This document shows positions 38,369-47,436 of a stretch of DNA of 64,000 bases, piece after piece (positions within the stretch are counted from its first letter, which is position 1; each line of letters begins with the position of its first letter). The notes under the pieces were generated by a model. That model was not told the origin of the DNA, did not search any database, and was given only the letters and a program-made list of their open reading frames with translations. Source of the stretch: an uncultured Actinomycetes bacterium (GTDB taxonomy: Bacteria; Actinomycetota; Thermoleophilia; Gaiellales; Gaiellaceae); the NCBI GenBank assembly GCA_963737615.1, contig CAVTTI010000020.1, positions 3,322-67,321 on the forward strand, read 5' to 3'. Made by a program: the position numbers and the translations under genes.

Positions 38369-39565
38369 TCATGCCACCAGCCCCGCCGGCTCTTCCACCA
38401 GGCCGGCCAGTGTGTCCAGGAACTGAGCTCCACGAGCCCCGTCCACGACGCGGTGGTCGAAGGAGAGGCAGACCGCGAGCGTCGGGCGCACCTCCGGTCT
38501 GCCGGCGACCGGAATAACACGGTCGGTGATCCGGCCGACGGCGAGAATCGCTGCCTGCGGTGGGTTGACGATCGCGGCGAAGGCATCGACTCCGTACATC
38601 CCGAGGTTCGAGACGGTGAACGTGCCGCCAGAAACGTCCTCCGGGCGGAGACGCCCGGAGCGGGCCGCCTCGACGAGCGCCTTTCGACGGGCGGCGAGCT
38701 CGTGTAGGTCGAGATTGTCGGCGTCGTGGACGACCGGGACTACGAGCCCGTCCTCGAGCGCGACGGCGACGCCGACGTGCACACCTGCCGAAGCCAGGAC
38801 TTTCCCGTCGCGCCAGGACGCGTTCACACGTGGGTGCTCGCTGAGCGCAGTGGCGCAGAGCTTGACTAGCAGGTCGGTATGTGTGACCCCCTCGTACCCG
38901 GCCCGGCTCCGCAGGCTTTCACGCCAGGCGAGCAGCCTGGTCGCCTCTACCTGCCGCAGGAGAAAGAAGTGCGGCACTGTACGCCAGCTCTCCGACATGC
39001 GCTTGGCCATGCGGGTCCAGACGGCCCCGAGCGGCAGCTCCTCACCTGCGCCGAGACTGGGCGGCGGGGCATCCGCAATCGCGCCGTTTCCGCCGAGTGC
39101 CTCGACGTCGGCCGCGACCACGGCTCCGTGCGGGCCGCTGCCTGCCACCTCCGCGAGTTCGACCCCATGCTCCTCCGCGAGCCGCCGCGCCTTGGGGGAG
39201 GCGAGCTGCCGGCGTGCGGACCGACGCTGTGTCGTCGGGACCGTCTCTGGCTCGATGCCCGCCATCGGCTGCGCGTCCCCGCTGGGCGCTGCCGGTGCAC
39301 CGACAGAAGCAGGCTTGGGCACGGGCTCTCCCGCCCCCACGATCACAGCGACGGCCTTCCCGACGCCGACCTCATCGCCCTCGGCGGCTCGAAGCGCGAG
39401 CGTGCCGTCGGCGGGCGCCTCCACCTCGACCGTGACCTTGTCGGTCTCGATCTCCATGAGCGGCTCGCCCTTGGACACCGCCTCGCCGTCCATCTTCAGC
39501 CAGCGGAGGATCTTGCCCGTCTCCTGCGCCATCCCCAGGGCCGGCATGATCACGTCGGTGGCCAT
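38369..39565 (-). CDS. Dihydrolipoamide acyltransferase (E2) of a 2-oxoacid/acetoin dehydrogenase complex
   Basis: Lipoyl domain MPALGMAQETGKILRWL...EIETDKVTVEVEAP, E3/E1-binding segment ASPKARRLAEEHGV, catalytic SFDHRVVDGA. Confidence 0.9.
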   Translation of the reverse strand: MATDVIMPALGMAQETGKILRWLKMDGEAVSKGEPLMEIETDKVTVEVEAPADGTLALRAAEGDEVGVGKAVAVIVGAGEPVPKPASVGAPAAPSGDAQPMAGIEPETVPTTQRRSARRQLASPKARRLAEEHGVELAEVAGSGPHGAVVAADVEALGGNGAIADAPPPSLGAGEELPLGAVWTRMAKRMSESWRTVPHFFLLRQVEATRLLAWRESLRSRAGYEGVTHTDLLVKLCATALSEHPRVNASWRDGKVLASAGVHVGVAVALEDGLVVPVVHDADNLDLHELAARRKALVEAARSGRLRPEDVSGGTFTVSNLGMYGVDAFAAIVNPPQAAILAVGRITDRVIPVAGRPEVRPTLAVCLSFDHRVVDGARGAQFLDTLAGLVEEPAGLVA

Positions 39566-40918
39566 CTACGGATCGACCGCCGCTCCCTCGAGGCGCGCGG
39601 AAGCCACGACTTGTTCGACGCTACCGTCTCCCTCAACGCGATTTAGGTTCGACTGGGACTCCCGGACACCCGGGAGAGGGCCACCGACCGTGTAATGGCC
39701 TCCGCCGGCCACGAGGAGCTCCTCCGCCGGGAACCGGGTGATCACCTCACAGCCGTCGGCGGTGACGACGAGCTGTTCCTCGATCCGGGCAGCAGACCAG
39801 CCGTCCGCTGCGGGCCAGAACGTCTCGAGCGCGAAGACCATGCCCGCCTCGACCGTTTCCGGGTAGTCGAACGACACGAGGCGGCTGAAGATCGGCTTCT
39901 CCCAGATCGAGAGACCGACCCCGTGCCCGTACTGGAGTGCGAATGCCGCCTCCTCGTCCGGGAACCCGAATTCCTCGGCCGCGGGGAACGTCGAGACGAC
40001 CTCCGCGGTCGTCACCCCCGGCCGGATCATCGAGATCGCACGGTCGAGGATGTCCCGACAGCGCTTGTAGGCGTCCACCTGCGCACGCGAGGCGCTGCCG
40101 ACCGCGAACGTCCGGTAGTAGCACGTTCGGTAGCCGTTGAAGGCGTGGAGGATGTCGAAGTAAGCGGGGTCACCGGGGCGCAGCATCCGGTCGGTGAAGA
40201 CGTGTGGGTGCGGGCTGCACCGCTCGCCCGAGATCGCGTTCACGCCCTCGACATGCTCCGAGCCGAGCTCGTAGAGGATGCGGTTCACGAGTGCGACGCA
40301 GTCGTTTTCGCGCATGCCGGGACGCATCGCGCGGAAGAGCTCCTCATACGCGGCATCGACCATGGCGCAGGCCGTGTTCAGCAACACGATCTCGTCGCCG
40401 GTCTTGAGCTTCCGGGCGTCCTGCATGAGGGCCTGTCCGTCGACGACCGTGATCCCGGCCTCCTCGAGGGCGCGGAGCACTGGTAGCTCGACGACGTCGA
40501 TGCCGAGCGGCTCTCCCAGGAGACCGCGCTCCTCGAGCTCGACACGGATCTTCTCGGCGACCACCTCCGCTCGCCCCTCGACCGAGCCGCGGAGCGTCGA
40601 AATACCGGCCCGGGAGCGTTCCTCACCGAGCCACGGGTTGTAGAGCTTGTGGTGGCGCGCCGCCGAGCCGAAATCCCACATGATCGGGTCGTCGCCTTGC
40701 GGGAGAAGGCAGAAGCGGATCAGCTTGTCCATCGCCCATGTGCCGATGTGCGTGGCGGTGATGTAGCGGATGTTGGCCATGTCGAAGCAGAGGAGTGCGC
40801 CGAGCTCTGAGTCGGCGAGGTGCTGCTTCGTACGGGCAAGGCGGTCGCGGCGGAGCCGGTCGAAGTCGACCCGCTGCTCCCAGTCCACCGCCATCGTGCC
40901 GAAAGTCTTCAGTGCCAC
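39566..40918 (-). CDS. M24-family metallohydrolase, DddP-like subgroup, paralog 3, inserted between E1beta and E2
   Basis: LLCFDMANIRYITA, MWDF, KTGDEIVLL, HGVGLSIWEKP, FALETFW resemble (from memory) the DddP-like branch of M24 proteins. No function claimed. The stop abuts the E2 ATG (TAGATG). Confidence 0.7.
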   Translation of the reverse strand: MALKTFGTMAVDWEQRVDFDRLRRDRLARTKQHLADSELGALLCFDMANIRYITATHIGTWAMDKLIRFCLLPQGDDPIMWDFGSAARHHKLYNPWLGEERSRAGISTLRGSVEGRAEVVAEKIRVELEERGLLGEPLGIDVVELPVLRALEEAGITVVDGQALMQDARKLKTGDEIVLLNTACAMVDAAYEELFRAMRPGMRENDCVALVNRILYELGSEHVEGVNAISGERCSPHPHVFTDRMLRPGDPAYFDILHAFNGYRTCYYRTFAVGSASRAQVDAYKRCRDILDRAISMIRPGVTTAEVVSTFPAAEEFGFPDEEAAFALQYGHGVGLSIWEKPIFSRLVSFDYPETVEAGMVFALETFWPAADGWSAARIEEQLVVTADGCEVITRFPAEELLVAGGGHYTVGGPLPGVRESQSNLNRVEGDGSVEQVVASARLEGAAVDP

Positions 40919-40920
40919 GC

Positions 40921-41823
40921 CTATGCCTTTCCCACCAGGGCCTTCGCCACTTCGACGACCCGCTCCGGCGTCGGCACCGTCTGATCCTCGAGAACCGGCG
41001 AGAAGGGGATTGGGACGTCCAATGCCGCCAGGCGTTTCACGGGTGCGTCGAGATGCCAGAAAGCCTCGTCTGCCAGGACCGCGGCCAGCTCGGCCGAGAC
41101 GCCGAAGCTCGTGTGTCCCTCGTCGACCACGAACGCGCGCCCGGTCTTGGTCACCGAGGCGACAAGCGTCTCCCGGTCGAGCGGCACTAGCGTGCGGGGG
41201 TCGACGACCTCGGCGCTGACCCCTTCCTGTTCCAGAAGCTCCGCCGCCTCGAGTGCGACGTACACCATGGAGCTCGTCGCGACGATCGTCAGATCCTCCC
41301 CTTCCCGTTTCACGTCGGCGACGCCCAGAGGCAGCGTGTACTCCTCCTCCGGCACCGGCCCCTTGGTCGCGAACATCATCTTGTCCTCGAAGAAGACGAC
41401 CGGGTTGTCGTCCCGTATCGCGGACTTGAGCAGACCCTTGGCGTCGTAAGGGGTCGAAGGGACTGCGACTTTCAGCCCGGGGACATGTGCAACCCAGGCG
41501 TGGAGACTTTGACTGTGCTGGGCGGCCGAGCGGCGAGTAGCTCCCAGAGTCGTCCGGATGGTGAGGGGCGCCTTCAGTCTCCCACCCGACATGTAGTGGA
41601 TCTTCGCCGCCTGGTTCGCGACCTGGTCCATGACGAGCGTCAGAAAGTCCCCGAACATGATGTCGACGACCGGTCTCATGCCCGTCATCGCGGCCCCGAG
41701 CCCAATGCCCGAGATACCCGCCTCGGAGATCGGCGAGTCGATCACCCGCTGCGGGCCAAACTCCTCGACGAGTCCGGACATCACCTTGAAAGGCGTCCCA
41801 GCCTCCGCCACGTCCTCGCCCAT
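40921..41823 (-). CDS. 2-oxoacid/acetoin dehydrogenase E1 component beta subunit; true start probably upstream of the first canonical start codon
   Basis: MGEDVAEAGTPFKVMSGLVEEFGPQRVIDSPISE onward is a typical E1beta. The conserved N-terminal segment REISLAQAVNEALAEELRRDPTVFI continues in frame upstream (to about 41901) but contains no ATG/GTG/TTG/CTG. SD GAAGGAG lies at 41911-41917, followed 9 nt later by ACG (41899-41901). Confidence 0.85.
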   Translation of the reverse strand: MGEDVAEAGTPFKVMSGLVEEFGPQRVIDSPISEAGISGIGLGAAMTGMRPVVDIMFGDFLTLVMDQVANQAAKIHYMSGGRLKAPLTIRTTLGATRRSAAQHSQSLHAWVAHVPGLKVAVPSTPYDAKGLLKSAIRDDNPVVFFEDKMMFATKGPVPEEEYTLPLGVADVKREGEDLTIVATSSMVYVALEAAELLEQEGVSAEVVDPRTLVPLDRETLVASVTKTGRAFVVDEGHTSFGVSAELAAVLADEAFWHLDAPVKRLAALDVPIPFSPVLEDQTVPTPERVVEVAKALVGKA

Positions 41824-41932
41824 GATGAAGACGGTCGGGTCGCGGCGAAGCTCCTCCGCGAGTGCCTCGTTGACCGCCTGAGCGAGCGAGATCTCCCGCG
41901 TTCCGGAGTGCTCCTTCGGGAGCGCCTTGACA

Positions 41933-42919
41933 CTAGGCGTAGACGTGCTTGGTCACCTCGCTCGGATCGGGGTAGGGCGCCTCGAGCGCATGCGCGACCG
42001 CTTCCGCCACCTCCTGGCCGACCCTCGTTGTGACTTGCTCGAGCTCCGCTTCGTCCACGCCGTCGGCAACGAGCCGATCGGTGTGCAGCTTCAGCGGGTC
42101 GCGCTCGCCCTGCCAGCGTTCCTCTTCTTCCTTCGATCGGTAGTAGGCGCGGTCGACGTCGCCTACGTGGTGGCCGTGATAGCGGTACGTATGGAAGAGG
42201 AGGAACCCGGGCCCGTCGCCCGCGCGCGCTGACGCAACGGCGCGGGAAGTCGCCGCGTAGACCTCGTAGACGTCCTGGCCGTCGGCCTCCTCTGCCGGAA
42301 TGCCGAAGGCCGCGGCTCGGGCCGAGATGTCGCCGGCGGTCGTCTCCGAGTAGTGGGTGTACTCGTTGTAGAGATTGTTCTCGCAGACGTAGACCACGGG
42401 CAGCTTCCAGAGCGACGCCATGTTCATGACCTCGTAGAGAACCCCCTGGCCGAGAGCGCCCTCGCCGAAGAAGCAGACGGCGACCTGGTCCGTCCCGCGG
42501 GCCCGCGCGGAGAAGGCGGCTCCGGTCGCGATCCCGGTCGAGCCACCAACGATCGCGTTCGCACCGAGATTCCCATGCTCATGGTCGGCGATGTGCATGG
42601 AGCCGCCCTTGCCACGGCAGTAGCCCTCCTCCTTGCCGAGGAGCTCGCAGAACATCCGCTCGACCGATGCGCCCTTCGCCAGGCAGTGCCCGTGCCCGCG
42701 GTGCGTGCTCGTAATGTAGTCGTCGTCCGTGAGCGCCTCGCAGACGCCGACCGCGACTGCCTCCTCGCCGATGTAGAGATGGGCCAGGCCGGGCATCTTG
42801 GCACCGCGGTAGAGCTCGTTCACGTGCTCCTCGAACGTCCGGATGCGTTGCATTTGCTCGTACATCCGCAGCGCGAGCTCCGGGGTGATCTCCACAGGCC
42901 GAGTCTCGGCCGTGCTCAT
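41933..42919 (-). CDS. 2-oxoacid/acetoin dehydrogenase E1 component alpha subunit (TPP-dependent)
   Basis: GLAHLYIGEEAVAVGVCEAL...STHRGHGHCLAKG...GGSMH...GALGQGVLYEVMNMASLWKLPVVYVCENN (TPP-binding motif). Confidence 0.9.
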   Translation of the reverse strand: MSTAETRPVEITPELALRMYEQMQRIRTFEEHVNELYRGAKMPGLAHLYIGEEAVAVGVCEALTDDDYITSTHRGHGHCLAKGASVERMFCELLGKEEGYCRGKGGSMHIADHEHGNLGANAIVGGSTGIATGAAFSARARGTDQVAVCFFGEGALGQGVLYEVMNMASLWKLPVVYVCENNLYNEYTHYSETTAGDISARAAAFGIPAEEADGQDVYEVYAATSRAVASARAGDGPGFLLFHTYRYHGHHVGDVDRAYYRSKEEEERWQGERDPLKLHTDRLVADGVDEAELEQVTTRVGQEVAEAVAHALEAPYPDPSEVTKHVYA

Positions 42920-43812
42920 GAGGGCTGCCTCTCGGGAATACCGGCCATGCGCGCAAGCACCTCGAAGACGACGGCGAAGTCATGGTGTGCGAGGCCCATT
43001 CCTCGCGCCGCGGTCAACAGCTCGTTCGAGATCGCCGTCGTCGGCATGGGGACGTCGAGCTCCCGGCCCAGGTCGAGCGCCAGGAGCATGTCCTTCTGCA
43101 TCATGTTGACGTTGAACCATGCTTCCTCGGGCTGTTCGAGCACGAAAGGGGCGCGGTACTTCAGCATCGGCGAGGCGATCACGCTGGAGAGCATCACGTC
43201 GAGCGCCACCTCGCGGTCGATGCCGTCCTTCTCGGCAAGCAGGAGGCCTTCCGAGAACGCCACCATCTGCACCTGCAGGCTCAAGTTGATTGCGATCTTC
43301 AGGAGCAGCGCCTGCCCGTTGTCGCCCACAAGCGTCACCTTGGGGCCGATGTCCTTCAGAATCGCCTCGGCTTGCGCGAACGTCTCGGGTCGCCCCCCGA
43401 CCATGATCGAGAGAAGACCTTCCTCGAGCGTGCTTACGCTTCCCGAGACCGGGGCATCGACCATGTCCGCGCCCCGTTCGCGGGCCTTGGCGGCGAGTTC
43501 GCGGCTGACGCTCGGTGCCGCCGTGGTCATGTCGATCCAGATCTTCCCCGGCGCGAGCCCGGCAAGAATGCCTTCGTCGCCCTCTGCCACGGCCCGGAGC
43601 GCCGCGACGTTGGTGACCATGCTCAGAACGACGTCCGCCGACTCGGCAACCGCACGTGGGCTCTCCTCGAGAACGAGTCCGAGCTCTTCGAGGGGGCGAG
43701 CCTTCTCGCGGGTGCGGTTGTAGCCGTGGATCTCGTGCCCGGCCTCCAGCAGGCGGCGGGCGATCCCGCCACCCATCACGCCCAGACCGACGAAACCGAG
43801 CTTCGCCGTCAT
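42916..43812 (-). CDS. NAD(P)-dependent 3-hydroxyisobutyrate/6-phosphogluconate dehydrogenase-like (beta-hydroxyacid dehydrogenase) enzyme
   Basis: KLGFVGLGVMGGGIARRLLEAGHEIHGYNRT Rossmann start, DAPVSGS, KIAINL motifs of the HIBADH family. Confidence 0.85.
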   Translation of the reverse strand: MTAKLGFVGLGVMGGGIARRLLEAGHEIHGYNRTREKARPLEELGLVLEESPRAVAESADVVLSMVTNVAALRAVAEGDEGILAGLAPGKIWIDMTTAAPSVSRELAAKARERGADMVDAPVSGSVSTLEEGLLSIMVGGRPETFAQAEAILKDIGPKVTLVGDNGQALLLKIAINLSLQVQMVAFSEGLLLAEKDGIDREVALDVMLSSVIASPMLKYRAPFVLEQPEEAWFNVNMMQKDMLLALDLGRELDVPMPTTAISNELLTAARGMGLAHHDFAVVFEVLARMAGIPERQPS

Positions 43813-44561
43813 GTGCGGGCCTTCCTGGAGCCCTGGGTGGTGTCGCGCTCGACGCGGGAGACATGCTCCTGCATCAGCTGGCGGGCTTCCTCGGGCTGGT
43901 GGGCGGCGATCGCTTCGAGGATGAGGAGGTGCATCTCGATCGCACGCTCGGGGCTCCCCTCGATGTGGTAGCTGGACGAGAGGGAGCGCTGCAAGAGCGA
44001 GCGGATCGCGTGCATCAGGTGTGCGATGAGGCGATTCCTGCTCGCCTCCGCGATTGTGAGATGGAAGCGAAGATCGGCGGTGATGAACTCCTCCTCGGAG
44101 CCGAGACCCGCCTCCATTGCTTCCACCTCGGCGCCCATCCTGTCGATCTCCGCATCGAGGCGGCGCGAAGCGGCAAGCGCTGCAGCCTCGCCTTCGAGGA
44201 TGCGCCTCACCTCGAAGAGCTCACGGTAGTCCGCCTCCTCCGAGGCCAGAAGGAAGTCGAGCGAATGGTCGAGGGGATTACGAAGCGCGCCTACAGTAAA
44301 GGTGCCGTTCGCGCTCTCGATCAGGCCCCGCGATTCGAGGATCCGCAGCGCTTCGCGAACGGAGGACCGTCCAACCCCGTACGACTCGACCAGTTCCCGC
44401 TCGGGGGGAAGAACGTCCCCCGGGCTGAGGCGGCGAGAGATGATCTCGTCCGTCAACCGTTCCGCCACGAGGTCGTACGTCTTCCGGCGCTCGATCGGGC
44501 CGAGTGTCAGCTTGTCCGACAAACGGACAGCAGCGTACAGTGACTCGCATTCACTTGGCAA
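43809..44561 (-). CDS. GntR-family transcriptional regulator (FadR/FCD subtype)
   Basis: LPPERELVESYGVGRSSVREALRILESRGLI winged-helix motif and a helical FCD-like C-terminal domain. First gene of the minus-strand cluster. Confidence 0.85.
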   Translation of the reverse strand: MPSECESLYAAVRLSDKLTLGPIERRKTYDLVAERLTDEIISRRLSPGDVLPPERELVESYGVGRSSVREALRILESRGLIESANGTFTVGALRNPLDHSLDFLLASEEADYRELFEVRRILEGEAAALAASRRLDAEIDRMGAEVEAMEAGLGSEEEFITADLRFHLTIAEASRNRLIAHLMHAIRSLLQRSLSSSYHIEGSPERAIEMHLLILEAIAAHQPEEARQLMQEHVSRVERDTTQGSRKART

Positions 44562-44989
44562 GCCGGTGCGTTAGCCACCAGCACCCACGCTAAGGCGCGA
44601 ATCCTTACAGTCCGCAGGGGCGGCACTGAACGAAGCCGCAATTCGCTACCCTCCCGAGCGCAAACGAGAACGAGGAGGGGTCTTGCGCAAGATTCTCTGC
44701 GCCGGCTCGGGCTACTCCTATCGCATCGATCAGCCAGAGATCCTCGCCTGGATCAACAGCTTCCTCTAAACCGGGCCACCGGCGAGGGCGGCCGCTTTGA
44801 GCGGTCGCCCTCGCTTCGCCGGGCTAGCCCAGGCGTACTTGCGCATGTGGGAGTACCTGTTCGCGGCGGACGGCCGATAAGCGCTCTGCGTGCGTTTCGC
44901 GCTCAATACCGCGGGCACGGTTCCTCTGGGCCGCTTTCTCTTCTTCACCCGTTCTGGGGCGCCGTAAGCAGTAACACGCGCTACCGTGA

Positions 44990-45082
44990 GGCGATTCGCT
45001 GAGAGAGGATTCCCCGAAACATGCCCCTTCGCTAGTCGCTCGCCAAGTCCTCGTCGCAGCTAGATCCGGTTAAGGCTTCGCC
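44990..45082 (+). promoter_or_regulatory. Possible structured 5' leader upstream of the NlpC/P60 gene (weak resemblance to the ydaO / c-di-AMP riboswitch)
   Basis: Closing helix GGCGA (44990-94) with UCGCC (45078-82). Internal AUUCGCUGAG, CCCCGAA and CGCAGCUAGAUCCGGUUAAGGC loosely recall the ydaO blocks AAUCGCU, ACCCGAA and CAGCUAACCUCGUAAGC. The GGGGACCCA block was not found. Confidence 0.2.
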
Positions 45083-45130
45083 CGTTCCTTGCCGAAGTAA
45101 GCCCGTTCACCCCGGGCTCCTTGCGTTGCC

Positions 45131-45733
45131 GTGCGATTTCGCCGCCCCCTCATCTGCTTCGTGCTGGTCCTGCTCGCTCTCCCCTCGGTGGGAGCCGCCG
45201 CGAACGACCCCTCCGCAACTCCCGAACCGCGTGTGGCGAACACGGTCAGCGCTGAGGCGCTTGCACTCGTTAGCGCCGGCCTGGAAGCGAAAGCACCGGT
45301 CCCGGCGGCGGATGGGCGTGGCCGAAAGGCGGTCACGATCGCTCTCCGCTATCTGGGTCTTTCCTACCGCTGGGGCGGAGCGAGCCCTGCGGGCTTCGAT
45401 TGTTCCGGCTTCGTCATGTACGTCTACGGCAGGGCCGGCGTTGCGCTTCCGCACAACGGGGCGATGCTCTGGGAGAAGGGTCGGGCGGTCCAACGTCGGG
45501 ATCTCGAGCGCGGCGACGTCGTCTTCTTCGACGGTCTCGGCCACGTCGGGATCTTCATCGGCCGCGGCCGCTTCGTTCACTCGCCCCATAGCGGCGACGT
45601 CGTGAAGATCTCGCGCCTGTCGGAATCGTGGTACCGCAGATCGTATGCGGGGGCCCGCCGCTACTCCTGGCCTCCGCTCGAATCTTCGAAGGCCGCTCCG
45701 ACCGCAGTTCCAGTTCGCGGCGCCAACTTCTGA
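45131..45733 (+). CDS. Secreted NlpC/P60 (C40) family peptidoglycan endopeptidase
   Basis: Signal peptide (RFRRPLICFVLVLLALPSVGAAA), then YRWGGASPAGFDCSGFVMYVY...GDVVFFDGLGHVGIFIG...VHSPHSG (Cys-His-His catalytic pattern). Confidence 0.9.
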   Translation: MRFRRPLICFVLVLLALPSVGAAANDPSATPEPRVANTVSAEALALVSAGLEAKAPVPAADGRGRKAVTIALRYLGLSYRWGGASPAGFDCSGFVMYVYGRAGVALPHNGAMLWEKGRAVQRRDLERGDVVFFDGLGHVGIFIGRGRFVHSPHSGDVVKISRLSESWYRRSYAGARRYSWPPLESSKAAPTAVPVRGANF

Positions 45734-45777
45734 ATCTGTCCAGAAGGCTTGAAACGAGGTAGCCCCTCAAAGCGTGT

Positions 45778-45815
45778 AACGGAGCGGCGCAGGAGTCGAA
45801 CCTACCCCGCGACGG
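45778..45815 (-). repeat. Direct repeat copy 1: tRNA 3'-end-like 38-mer (T arm plus acceptor strand)
   Basis: Plus strand AACGGAGCGGCGCAGGAGTCGAACCTACCCCGCGACGG. The minus strand reads ...GTAGG-TTCGACT-CCTGC-GCCGCTCC-G. It matches 49941-49978 with 1 mismatch. No complementary 5' acceptor strand (GGAGCGGC) is present nearby. Confidence 0.7.
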
Positions 45816-45897
45816 TTCTGCAACCGCGCCTCGGGCGATCGGGTAGGTGAGGCGACCGCGGAGCCTGCTGCGCCCCGACGTCAGCTAGAACCCCTCC

Positions 45898-47436
45898 GTG
45901 GGAAAGCCGGTGACGATGGGGCTGCTCTTCTATCCGCGCGGAGGGTCGGCGCAGGTTGCCCGCTATCTCGCCGCAGCCCTCGATCGCAAGGGCTGGCCGG
46001 TTCGGCTCTTCACAGGGTCACTCGGCGAGCCAGGAACGGTGGCAAACGCAGCCACGTTTTTTGCCGGGCTCGACGTCGCGGTCGCCGACTTCACACCGGC
46101 GCTGAGGGCGTTCGATCGGGGCGACGACCCGATGGCCGCTGAGATCCCGCTGCATCCGTCGTTCGAGGATCGTGTGGGAGCGCCCGACCGACTCTTCGCG
46201 TCGCTCGACGATCGAGAGGCCGAGCGACAGGTCGCCGCCTGGCAGCGGCTCTTTGCCGAGGGCGGGGCCGCGGAGGCGGCGATCGCGCACCTTCATCACC
46301 TCACGCCGCAACACGACGCACTTGTCCGGTTCGCGCCAAGCCTGCCCGTTGTCGCGCACCTGCACGGCACCGAGCTGAAGATGCTCGACGGGATTCGCCG
46401 CCGCCGTGAGCTGGCGGTTCGTCTCGGCACCGATCTCACAGGGATGGCCGCAGGTGCTGGGGGTAGGCGGGTCGAAGCCCCGCTCACCGACGCGGAGCGT
46501 GAACTCTTTGAGAGCACGCGCTGGGAGGCATGGCGACACGGCGACGCCTGGGAGGCTCGCCTGAAGGCCAACGCGCGGCGCGCGACTCAGCTCGTCGCGA
46601 TCTCGCCCCACGATCGCGATGAGGCCGTCCGTCTGCTCGGCATCGACGCGTCAAGAGTCGAGGTCATCTCGAACGGCGTCGACGTGGAGCGCTTCGACCG
46701 ACATGGGCTCGGCCCGGAAGAGCGACTGGCGCGATGGCGAGCGTGGCTCGTCGACGATCCTCGCGGATGGGACGCCTCAAGTGTGGCCGGCTCGGTTCGC
46801 TACGGAGCAGACGACCTGGCGGTATTCGCCGATCCGAAGACGGGAGAGGCTAACCCGGTGCTTCTGTACGTTGGGCGCTTCCTCGCCTTCAAGCGCGTGC
46901 CGCTGCTCGTGCGCGCCTACCAGCGAGCACGATCGAGCTTCGAGCGCCCGGCGCCGCTCGTCGTCTGGGGTGGGTACCCGGGCGAGTGGGAGGGAGAGCA
47001 CCCGGTCGAGGTGGCGCGCACCGGCGGGAGCGAGGGGATCTTCTTCAGCGGCTGGCGGGGACACGACGACCTGCCTGAGGGGCTGAATGCGGCCGATGCG
47101 TTCGTGGCGCCCTCGGTGGACGAGCCCTTCGGCCAGGTGTACCTGGAGGCGATGGCCTGCGGGCTGCCTGTGATCGCGACCCCCACGGGAGGCCCGCTCT
47201 CCTTCGTGAACACTGCCCCCAGACGTCCGAACGGGTGGTTCGTCGAGCCCGAAGACGAGGTCGCGCTCGCCGGCACTCTCATCAAGGTCGTCAACGATGC
47301 AGGGGAGCGCCACGCGCGGGGCGAGGCGGCCTACGAGCAGATCCGGAGTGGCTACGCCTGGGACACGATCGCAACCCGCGTCACCTCGCTGTACGAAGGC
47401 CTGCTCGCCACAACGGGCACGTCCCAAGCCACGTGA
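45898..47436 (+). CDS. GT4-family (group 1) glycosyltransferase
   Basis: LLFYPRGGSAQVARYLA N-terminus, C-terminal PSVDEPFGQVYLEAMACGLPVIATPTGG (EX7E-type GT-B motif). The start may be ATG 45916. Confidence 0.8.
   Translation: MGKPVTMGLLFYPRGGSAQVARYLAAALDRKGWPVRLFTGSLGEPGTVANAATFFAGLDVAVADFTPALRAFDRGDDPMAAEIPLHPSFEDRVGAPDRLFASLDDREAERQVAAWQRLFAEGGAAEAAIAHLHHLTPQHDALVRFAPSLPVVAHLHGTELKMLDGIRRRRELAVRLGTDLTGMAAGAGGRRVEAPLTDAERELFESTRWEAWRHGDAWEARLKANARRATQLVAISPHDRDEAVRLLGIDASRVEVISNGVDVERFDRHGLGPEERLARWRAWLVDDPRGWDASSVAGSVRYGADDLAVFADPKTGEANPVLLYVGRFLAFKRVPLLVRAYQRARSSFERPAPLVVWGGYPGEWEGEHPVEVARTGGSEGIFFSGWRGHDDLPEGLNAADAFVAPSVDEPFGQVYLEAMACGLPVIATPTGGPLSFVNTAPRRPNGWFVEPEDEVALAGTLIKVVNDAGERHARGEAAYEQIRSGYAWDTIATRVTSLYEGLLATTGTSQAT

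Noticed and set aside
44766-44948. 60-aa highly basic ORF (VKKRKRPRGT...) and the 28-codon ORF at 44683-44769
   Set aside because: Too short, with no recognised family. The basic composition could arise from a GC-rich non-coding frame. Mentioned only as context for the intergenic region.
45780-45876. Copy 1 of the tRNA-like repeat as an intact 97-nt tRNA (5' end at GGGGCGCAG)
   Set aside because: Only 6 of 8 acceptor pairs form and a 4-bp D stem is possible. No 7-nt anticodon loop or standard anticodon stem can be drawn, and the only TCA lies in a CCTCACC context lacking U33 and a purine at 37.
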